A stretch of DNA of 64,000 bases, taken from contig JAOAFQ010000191.1 of the NCBI GenBank assembly GCA_026416195.1, positions 28,719 to 92,718 on the forward strand, read 5' to 3'. The DNA is from Candidatus Aminicenantes bacterium (GTDB lineage Bacteria; Acidobacteriota; Aminicenantia; Aminicenantales; CALLJL01). The notes under the pieces are model-generated. The model had not been told where the DNA came from and made no database searches. It saw nothing but the letters and a program-made list of their open reading frames with translations. The position numbers were made by a program, and so were the translations under genes. Position 1 is the first letter of the stretch. The number at the start of each line of letters is the position of its first letter. Positions 56,956 through 64,000 of the stretch are shown here, piece after piece.

Positions 56956-59547
56956 ATGGTATTTTTTAGAAAAAGATTATATCTTCTTATCTCCAGCCTA
57001 GGGGTGGTCTTTTCCCTGTTTTCGCCAATCTCTTCCCTTCTTCTCTCACCAAGGCCCTATCATGAGAAATTACTTGTCTCCGGAATAACGGAACCGATCG
57101 AGGTAATCAGAGATAAATGGGGAATTCCTCATATTTTCGCTCGCAACGAACCAGACCTCTTTTTTGCTCAAGGTTTTGTGGCTGCTACTGATCGCCTTTT
57201 CCAGCTGGAGCTTTGGCGACGCCAAGCCACTGGAACTTTAAGTGAAGCTTTTGGGCGCCGTTTTCTTCAAACCGATATCGGCAATCGCCTTCTGCGCTTC
57301 CGAGGTAACCTGAAGACTGAATTAGATTTCTATCATCCCCGTGGCGAGAAAATCATTAATTCCTTTGTGGCTGGAATCAACGCTTACATTGATTACATTA
57401 AACAAAAACCAACCTTATTGCCTGATGAATTCCGTTGGCTGGGTTTTGAACCTAGCTATTGGTCTCCTGAAGAGGTTATTTCAAGACATAATGGGCTTTT
57501 CCGAAATGCTAGTGAGGAAATAGCCATTGCCCAGTCAATAAATTACTTAGGCCCCAAAAGAGTGGAGGTCCTCCTTCCTTTAAAGCCTCTAAAACCTGAT
57601 CTTTCTAAGGAAATTCATCTCGATTTATCCCTAATTCGAGAAGATATCCTTTCTCTCTATCGAGCGGCTCGTTCAGAAATTAATTTTTTACCATCTGATA
57701 TTGTCGATCCTGAGGTTAGGGCTAAGGCCCTTTTAAATTTCCCTGATCACTTTCAACTAATTTTCCTCCCTTCAAAGTTTTTCGTCCGAGGAAAAGATGA
57801 TGATTTAACCATTTTTTCGCTTAATCCTTCATCATTTAAATTTTTCCTGCCAATATTAACTAAACCCGATAGTTTAGTTGGCCAAACTCTGACTTGGTCC
57901 GATTTTTCCAATTTTAGCGGCAGCAATAATTGGGTTTTGGCTGGTTGGAAGACTATTTCTGGACAGCCCCTTTTAGCTAACGATCCTCATCGAATCCTTC
58001 AGATTCCTTCGCTTCGCAGCTGGGTCCATCTAGTCGCTCCGGGCTGGAATGTTATCGGTGGCGGTGAACCTGCTTTGCCGGGAATTGCCATCGGCCATAA
58101 TGACTATGGAGCTTGGGGCTTAACGATTTTTGCTACTGATCAAGAAGACCTTTATGTCTATTCGGCTAATCCAGAAAAACCGGATGAATATCTTTATGAA
58201 GGAAAATGGGAAAAATTAACAATCATTAAAGAAATCATAAAAATAAAAAATGAATCGCCGGTTGAAATCGAATTGAAGTTTACTCGGCATGGGCCAGTGC
58301 TTTATGAGGATCGCGCTAATCATCTTCTCTGGGCATTGCGTGCTAGCTGGCTCGAAATTGGCTGTGCTCCTTATTTAGCTAGTTTAAGAATTAATCAGGC
58401 CAAATCATGGAAAGATTTTCGTCAAGCCTGTCGTTTCTTTCGAACACCTTCAGAAAATCTTATTTGGGCTGATCGACAGGGAAATATAGGCTGGCAAGTC
58501 GTTGGCTTGGCCCCGAAAAGAAAAAATTTTACTGGTCTTCTCCCTGTTCCTGGTGATGGTCGCTTTGAATGGGAGGGATTTATTGACCCTTTTGAGTTAC
58601 CCTATGACCTTAATCCAAGGGAAGGCTTTATCGCTACCGCTAATGAATGCAATCTGCCGGCCAATTTCCCCTACCCTATAGGCTTTCTTTGGGCTGAACC
58701 ATTTCGCTCTCAAAGAATAAGGGAAGTGCTCTCATCTAAAAATAAATTTGATTTAAAAGATATGATTTCCCTTCAATTGGACGTTATCTCGCTTCCCGCT
58801 CGCCAGCTTGTAGCCCTTCTTAAGCCTATAAAAACAGAGAAAGAATCTTTAAAAAAGGCCATAGATAAACTTTTAACTTGGGATTTTAGTCTTAAGCCAG
58901 ATTCAGAGGAAGCCGCCCTTTATGTGACCTGGCAGCAGGCTCTTTTAGAGCGTGTCTGGCAGCGCTTTTTGCCAAAATCAGCCTACCGAGTTTTCCCTCG
59001 TCGCTCCCTTGAATTGACCATCAATTGCCTTCTCCATCCATCAGCTGACCTTTTCGGCTCTGAACCTGAAAAAATCAGAGATGAGCTTCTCCTGTCTTCG
59101 CTGGAGGAAGCTCTTAGTCAACTTCAAGAGAAATTTGGCACCGAAACTAACAACTGGGTATATGGACATGAAAAGTTTCATCATGTCCTCCTGCGCCATC
59201 CCCTAAGCCAAGCTTTGAAAGCAAAATGGCGATCAAGTTTGGATATTGGTCCTTTACCTCGAGGCGGCGACGCTAATACTGTTTTGGCAACTTCAGGTTT
59301 TAACCGTCAGACTTCTGGGGCTACTTTCCGACTAATTGCTGATTTAAGCAACTGGGATAATTCTGTCGGAACTAACTGTCCTGGGCAGTCAGGTGATTAT
59401 CGAAGCCCTCATTATGCCGATCTTTTTAAAGATTGGGCCGAAGGAATTTATTTTCCTATTTATTTTAGCCGAAAGAAAATCTTAGAAGCAGCCGAAAAAA
59501 TTATCCATCTTCTTCCTTTTAATAAATTAAATAAAGAAATGATTTGA
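56956..59547 (+). CDS. penicillin amidase/acylase family (Ntn hydrolase, S45)
   Basis: The 863-aa ORF has a signal peptide. The autoproteolytic nucleophile motif GSNNWVLAG corresponds to the SNxW start of the beta-subunit. Confidence 0.8.
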   Translation: MVFFRKRLYLLISSLGVVFSLFSPISSLLLSPRPYHEKLLVSGITEPIEVIRDKWGIPHIFARNEPDLFFAQGFVAATDRLFQLELWRRQATGTLSEAFGRRFLQTDIGNRLLRFRGNLKTELDFYHPRGEKIINSFVAGINAYIDYIKQKPTLLPDEFRWLGFEPSYWSPEEVISRHNGLFRNASEEIAIAQSINYLGPKRVEVLLPLKPLKPDLSKEIHLDLSLIREDILSLYRAARSEINFLPSDIVDPEVRAKALLNFPDHFQLIFLPSKFFVRGKDDDLTIFSLNPSSFKFFLPILTKPDSLVGQTLTWSDFSNFSGSNNWVLAGWKTISGQPLLANDPHRILQIPSLRSWVHLVAPGWNVIGGGEPALPGIAIGHNDYGAWGLTIFATDQEDLYVYSANPEKPDEYLYEGKWEKLTIIKEIIKIKNESPVEIELKFTRHGPVLYEDRANHLLWALRASWLEIGCAPYLASLRINQAKSWKDFRQACRFFRTPSENLIWADRQGNIGWQVVGLAPKRKNFTGLLPVPGDGRFEWEGFIDPFELPYDLNPREGFIATANECNLPANFPYPIGFLWAEPFRSQRIREVLSSKNKFDLKDMISLQLDVISLPARQLVALLKPIKTEKESLKKAIDKLLTWDFSLKPDSEEAALYVTWQQALLERVWQRFLPKSAYRVFPRRSLELTINCLLHPSADLFGSEPEKIRDELLLSSLEEALSQLQEKFGTETNNWVYGHEKFHHVLLRHPLSQALKAKWRSSLDIGPLPRGGDANTVLATSGFNRQTSGATFRLIADLSNWDNSVGTNCPGQSGDYRSPHYADLFKDWAEGIYFPIYFSRKKILEAAEKIIHLLPFNKLNKEMI

Positions 59548-59601
59548 TCTTTATTTAAACCAATATTCACCTTTTATTAAGCAAAAGCTATAATAATATA
59601 A

Positions 59602-60762
59602 ATGAGAATTATTCTTTTTACAGGGAAGGGCGGTGTAGGAAAAACCACCCTGTCTGCTTCGACAGCTGTTATTTCCGCTCGTCGCGGCTATAAGACTTTG
59701 GTTATTTCAACCGATGCGGCTCATAGCCTTTCTGATTCCTTTGAAGTCCCTCTTGAAAATACGCCCCGAGAAATTTTCCCCAATCTTTATGGCCAAGAAA
59801 TTAATGCTCTTGAACAGGTAGAAAAAAGATGGGGAGAGATCAAAGATTACCTCATTGCCTTTTTTTCCTCCCAAGGAATTGATTCGATTGAAGCGGAAGA
59901 GCTAAGTGTTTTTCCCGGAATGGAGGAGCTTTTTAGCTTAATGGAAATTCGTAATTACTATCGGAGCAACGATTTCGATGTCGTCATTGTCGACTGTGCA
60001 CCGACAGGTGATACCCTTAGATTACTTTCAGCGCCAGAAATAACGGATTGGTATCTAAAGCATATTTTCCCCATTGGCCGAACTGCGGCTAAAGCCGTTC
60101 GACCATTGGCCAGTCGAGTTCTTCCTTTCCCTTTTCCTGAAGACAGTGTCTTTGAAGCGATCAAAAATATTTCCTTGCAATTAGCTGAAATGAAAGAAAT
60201 CCTGGAAAACGGTGAAAAGACCACTATCCGTTTGGTGGTCAATCCGGAAAAGATGGTAATTAAAGAAGCTCAACGGGCCTACATGTTTTTCAATCTCTTC
60301 GGTTACACTGTTGATTTAATCCTAGTCAATCGTCTCTTGCCCCCTGAAGTCGAGGATACCTATTTTGAAAGATGGAAAGATCTACAACATGAATATTTAC
60401 AGATGATTGAAGAAATCTTTTCTCCCCTACCCATAGTTACCCTGCCCTTGTATCAAAAAGAAATTGTCGGTCTCGCCGCTCTCGAACAGGTCGGTGAAGC
60501 CCTCTATGGAAGTAAAGATCCGGCGGCCATTTTTTGCCAACAACGGCCCATTGAAATTGAAAAACTTGACGGCGGTTATAGCCTGTCCATCAGGCTTCCC
60601 TTTATCGAAAAAAAGGATGTTCAGCTTTATAAAAAAGGAGAAGAACTTTTTATCCGAGTTGGCTCCTTTAGACGAAATATTCTTATCCCTCGAATGCTTT
60701 TAGGCCGAGAGGTCCAATCAGCCCGAATGGATGGGAATAAATTAAAAATTTTCTTTGTCTAA
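59602..60762 (+). CDS. ArsA/GET3-family P-loop ATPase (single-domain, anion-transporting ATPase-like)
   Basis: It carries the P-loop FTGKGGVGKTT and the switch region VIVDCAPTGDTLRLL, which matches the ArsA DTAPTGHT motif. It is 386 aa long. A TATAAT-like -10 lies just upstream. Confidence 0.8.
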   Translation: MRIILFTGKGGVGKTTLSASTAVISARRGYKTLVISTDAAHSLSDSFEVPLENTPREIFPNLYGQEINALEQVEKRWGEIKDYLIAFFSSQGIDSIEAEELSVFPGMEELFSLMEIRNYYRSNDFDVVIVDCAPTGDTLRLLSAPEITDWYLKHIFPIGRTAAKAVRPLASRVLPFPFPEDSVFEAIKNISLQLAEMKEILENGEKTTIRLVVNPEKMVIKEAQRAYMFFNLFGYTVDLILVNRLLPPEVEDTYFERWKDLQHEYLQMIEEIFSPLPIVTLPLYQKEIVGLAALEQVGEALYGSKDPAAIFCQQRPIEIEKLDGGYSLSIRLPFIEKKDVQLYKKGEELFIRVGSFRRNILIPRMLLGREVQSARMDGNKLKIFFV

Positions 60763-60906
60763 TTTTTTATCATTTTTTTGGGCTTTATATCCCTTTTGGT
60801 TTATAGCTATCCTTCGTGGGATAATTTAAATTAGATACCTTTGTATTTTTTCGGTCCATTTATGATAAAATTAAATAAAATATTGATTTCGAGGGAGGTC
60901 AAAACA

Positions 60907-61119
60907 ATGGCTGAAGCCAGAGGGAAAGAAATAAGACTCGTTCTTCCTGAAGAGCTCTTTAATCTCTTTTTGCCTGAAGAAACTCAGAAGCACCTATTGA
61001 AAGCTAAAAAGGAAATTCTGCTAGCTTTCCGCTCCCTAATTGACGCTAAGATTGAAGCTTTAGAAAAAAGAGAGGAAAAGCTAACTGAAGAAAAAAAGAA
61101 AAAAATCGAAGTCGAATGA
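60907..61119 (+). CDS. small coiled-coil protein
   Basis: A GAGGGAGG RBS precedes the ATG at 60907. The 70-aa ORF is charged and helical (EKREEKLTEEKKKKIEVE). Confidence 0.3.
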   Translation: MAEARGKEIRLVLPEELFNLFLPEETQKHLLKAKKEILLAFRSLIDAKIEALEKREEKLTEEKKKKIEVE

Positions 61120-61131
61120 CGTCAAAGCCAT

Positions 61132-61836
61132 TTGACATCTGGCTTCATTTGGGATAAAAGAAAGCCTTTAACCATGAAGATAGCCCAAGATGTTTCCTCC
61201 TTGCCCAAAAAAGGCTTTCGGTTATTGCCTGAAAAGGTGGCTCAATTTGTTCTTTCTGTAGTCAACAATTTATCTTTAAGTCTGGCTCGTCAAAAGGCTA
61301 ATCCCAATATCTTATCAGCTATTGGTCTTATCTTAGGAGCAGTAGCTGGTCTTTTTTTTGCCCTAGGTCAACCTCTTTTAGCTGCTTTTTTCGTTCTTCT
61401 GTGCGGATTTTTTGATATCCTCGATGGTAAAGTGGCTGAAAACTCAGGACGGCGGAGCCTTTTTGGAGCAATATTTGATTCCTCCCTGGATCGTTATTCT
61501 GAGTTTTTTATCTATCTCGGACTCGCCTATTATTTTCGTCATCATTGGAGTCTCTGGCTAATTTTCTTCACCATTCTAGGTTCCTTTATGGTCAGCTATG
61601 CCCGCGCCAGAGCTGAAGGGTTGGGAATGAGGAGCCATATCGGCCTGATGCAAAGGGCAGAAAGGATGATTCTCCTCATTGTTGGCGCCATTGCTGGGGT
61701 CATTTTTGACAAATTAACGATTTCCATGGTGGTCGTTCTCCTTATGATTACGGTAGCTTCGCATATAACTGCCTGGCAAAGAATTTTTTTTGTTCGCCAA
61801 TGGGAAAAAGCTAAATCTCAATCAAAGGAGGTTTAG
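61132..61836 (+). CDS. CDP-alcohol phosphatidyltransferase, phosphatidylinositol-phosphate synthase (PgsA1-like)
   Basis: It has the CDP-OH_P_transf motif DILDGKVAENSGRRSLFGAIFDSSLDR, followed by SYARARAEGLG and QRAERMIL. These align with the mycobacterial PIP synthase pattern. The true start is probably the ATG at 61174. Confidence 0.7.
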   Translation: MTSGFIWDKRKPLTMKIAQDVSSLPKKGFRLLPEKVAQFVLSVVNNLSLSLARQKANPNILSAIGLILGAVAGLFFALGQPLLAAFFVLLCGFFDILDGKVAENSGRRSLFGAIFDSSLDRYSEFFIYLGLAYYFRHHWSLWLIFFTILGSFMVSYARARAEGLGMRSHIGLMQRAERMILLIVGAIAGVIFDKLTISMVVVLLMITVASHITAWQRIFFVRQWEKAKSQSKEV

Positions 61837-61839
61837 ACA

Positions 61840-62973
61840 ATGAGCCATAAAATAAGGGTCGCCATTATTGGCGTAGGCAATTGTGCTTCTTCCCTAGTCC
61901 AGGGAGTTTTTTATTATAAAAACGCTAAAGAAACCGATTTCATCCCTGGGGTCATGCATGTTAATCTTGGTGGTTATCACATTAGTGATATAGAATTTAC
62001 GGCTGGTTTTGATATTGATAAAAATAAAGTAGGTAAAGATCTCAGTGAGGCTATTTTTACTCCGCCCAATAATACGACTAAGTTTTGTGACGTTCCTTAT
62101 CTCAATGTGAAAGTCTACCGAGGCATGACCCATGATGGTCTTGGTAAATATCTTTCCCAGATAATTCAAAAGGCCCCTGGCCCAACCGCGGATATAGTTG
62201 GCATTCTAAAAGAAACCAAGACTGATGTAGTCATCAATTTTTTACCTGTTGGCAGTGAAGAAGCCACCAAATGGTATGTTGAGCAGGTTCTCGACGCAGG
62301 TTGTGCTTTTATCAATTGCATCCCCGTTTTCATTGCAAGTGAAAAGTACTGGCAAAAACGTTTTGAAGCTAAAAAATTACCTATTATCGGCGACGACGTC
62401 AAATCTCAAGTCGGCGCAACAATTCTCCATCGTACCTTAGTCAATCTTTATTTAGACCGGGGAATGCCCATTGATCGAACCTATCAGTTAAATACTGGAG
62501 GCAATACTGATTTTCTCAATATGCTTGAAAGAGAAAGACTCCATTCAAAGAAAATCTCCAAAACTAACGCGGTAGTCTCTCAAATAAGAGCCCGAGGCTT
62601 GGATATTGCGCCGGAAAATGTCCATATAGGACCAAGCGATTATGTCCCTTGGCAGAAAGATAACAAAATCTGTTTTATCCGCATCGAAAGCCGCCATTTT
62701 GGCGATGTGCCGACTTATTTAGATGTTCGTTTATCAGTCGAGGATTCACCTAACTCAGCTGGGGTAGTCATTGATGCTATTCGTTGCGCTAAACTAGCTC
62801 TTGATAACGGCATTGGGGGCGCTTTAATTGGACCTTCTGCTTACTTTATGAAAACGCCCCCAAAACAATTTACCGACACCGAAGCTAAGGAGTTGACGGA
62901 AAAGTTCATTGCGACTTATGGCAAAAAGAAACCAATCGTCCCTCCGAAGAAAAGAAAGGTAGCTAAAAAATAG
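61840..62973 (+). CDS. ino1: myo-inositol-1-phosphate synthase (short bacterial/archaeal type)
   Basis: The sequence [71 protein letters not shown] and [14 protein letters not shown] all closely track M. tuberculosis Ino1. A strong AGGAGG RBS is present. Confidence 0.95.
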   Translation: MSHKIRVAIIGVGNCASSLVQGVFYYKNAKETDFIPGVMHVNLGGYHISDIEFTAGFDIDKNKVGKDLSEAIFTPPNNTTKFCDVPYLNVKVYRGMTHDGLGKYLSQIIQKAPGPTADIVGILKETKTDVVINFLPVGSEEATKWYVEQVLDAGCAFINCIPVFIASEKYWQKRFEAKKLPIIGDDVKSQVGATILHRTLVNLYLDRGMPIDRTYQLNTGGNTDFLNMLERERLHSKKISKTNAVVSQIRARGLDIAPENVHIGPSDYVPWQKDNKICFIRIESRHFGDVPTYLDVRLSVEDSPNSAGVVIDAIRCAKLALDNGIGGALIGPSAYFMKTPPKQFTDTEAKELTEKFIATYGKKKPIVPPKKRKVAKK

Positions 62974-63162
62974 AGCTACCCCTTAATTTTAGGAGCCATT
63001 TTTATTTGTCCTCCTTGTAATTTTGATAAAATATTTAATAAACAGGATCGAAATTTTTTGATTTCCAATTGAAATATATTTTAAGATAAGGCCAAAAAAG
63101 ATTTTTCTAACAGACTAAGGCATTTTAGCGGCTCTAATAAACCGAAATTAAGGGAGAAAATA

Positions 63163-64000
63163 ATGAATCGAGGACGAATAAGCTTATTAACTCTAATCAT
63201 TTTTTCTTTTGGAGGCACATTATTAGCCATTGAAACCGGAGAAATTCGGGGCAGGGTTACTGATGAAAAAGGAATGGCTTTGCCTGGGGTAGAGGTGAAA
63301 ATTCAAGGACCGGCCCTTCAGGGGATAAGAACTACTTTAACCTCAATTAATGGCGATTTCAGGTTACCTCTGCTCCCGGTTGGCTCCTATAGCTTAACCT
63401 TTAGTTTACCTGGATTTTCTCCCAGAATTGAAAAGGAAGTGGTGGTTAGATTAGGCCAAATTACCTATCTTGAAATAATTTTAATCCCTGAAACTTTAAA
63501 AGAAGAAGTCGTGGTTACAGCCGAAATTCCCCTCATCGATCGGACTTCAGCTGATACCAGCTTTCATCTTTCTAGTCGAGATCTGCAAAAACTGCCTTCG
63601 GCCAATCGAACCCTGGTGGACATTGTGAAATTTACTCCAGGGGTAACGGGAGTCCGAGTGAATACTCGAAGAGGAATAGCCACTGAAGGCCAGCCTAGTT
63701 TCCGCGGTGAAGGTGAAGAAGGTAATACATGGATCGTTGATGGTCTAGCAATAAGTGGGGTTAGATTAAGAAGCTCGGGGATGAGGCTAAATTTCGACGC
63801 GGTGGAAGAAGTTCAAATAATTTCTGATCCCTTCAATCCAGAATATGGTTCAGCTTATGGCGGCATTGTCAATTTGGTGACCAAAAGCGGTGGCAATAAT
63901 TTTCATGGAGAGTTTGGCCTGATTTTTCAAGATAAAAGTCTGCAGGCTACTCGCCAGGAACAATTGTCTATTGTCAGTGAACCGAGCTATTTTTCCAATC
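63163..64000 (+). CDS. TonB-dependent receptor-like outer membrane protein, 5' part (runs off the window end)
   Basis: An AGGGAGAAAA RBS is present. It has a signal peptide, then a carboxypeptidase-regulatory-like beta-sandwich (GEIRGRVTDEKGMALPGVEVKIQG...NGDFRLPLLPVGSYSLTF), then a plug-like segment (DIVKFTPGV). Confidence 0.6.
   Translation, partial: MNRGRISLLTLIIFSFGGTLLAIETGEIRGRVTDEKGMALPGVEVKIQGPALQGIRTTLTSINGDFRLPLLPVGSYSLTFSLPGFSPRIEKEVVVRLGQITYLEIILIPETLKEEVVVTAEIPLIDRTSADTSFHLSSRDLQKLPSANRTLVDIVKFTPGVTGVRVNTRRGIATEGQPSFRGEGEEGNTWIVDGLAISGVRLRSSGMRLNFDAVEEVQIISDPFNPEYGSAYGGIVNLVTKSGGNNFHGEFGLIFQDKSLQATRQEQLSIVSEPSYFSN

Noticed and set aside
1-64000. CRISPR array, cas genes, rRNA, intact IS or integrase
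   Set aside because: I scanned for regularly spaced short direct repeats and found none. The only repeats are the two-copy 146-bp element and a short GGAAAA tract, neither with CRISPR periodicity. No rRNA-like conserved blocks and no intact transposase or integrase ORFs were seen.

Overview
This is a low-GC (about 40%), gene-dense bacterial chromosome segment on both strands. The organism looks like a diderm anaerobe: the window carries a FadL-type outer membrane protein, TonB pieces, Tat-type signal peptides and a tungsten-type aldehyde ferredoxin oxidoreductase.

Housekeeping genes make up most of the window: tldD/pmbA, smc, a class A PBP, tmk, htrA, dapF, thiL, lon with an upstream hsp20, nrdR, a stand-alone GMP synthase ATP-pyrophosphatase subunit, nagB, alr, cysK, ino1 and a PIP-synthase-like CDP-alcohol phosphatidyltransferase. 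Four tRNA genes are present: Thr-CGT, Gln-CTG, Glu-CTC and Leu-TAA. There are also transport and peptidase genes (two SSS symporters, an OPT transporter, M14 and M64 peptidases, a penicillin-amidase family protein), an acyl-CoA dehydrogenase, a formamidase-family protein, and several radical SAM enzymes.

The stretch from about 27.9 kb to 39.5 kb is the accessory-like part. It holds three tRNAs interleaved with small genes, an orphan ParB-like nuclease-domain protein, and a roughly 2.85 kb segment bracketed by two 146/147-bp direct repeats. That segment carries a cysK with visibly different codon usage and transposase-like debris. Just downstream sits a decayed ECF sigma / anti-sigma / TonB-C locus.

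Other points worth a second look:
- a 651-aa membrane-anchored protein made of two tandem copies of a roughly 300-aa domain;
- smc translationally coupled (ATGA overlap) to a B12-radical-SAM / symporter / deacetylase-family gene string;
- a 30-aa hydrophobic micropeptide coupled to an SSS transporter;
- Tat-type signals on TldD and alanine racemase;
- an ArsA-like ATPase next to an inositol-phospholipid gene pair;
- two pseudogene remnants at 50.05–50.77 kb.

I found no CRISPR array, rRNA, intact transposase or integrase. All calls come from reading the sequence and ORF translations by eye; no database search or quantitative composition analysis was run, so family names are recognition-based and hedged accordingly.
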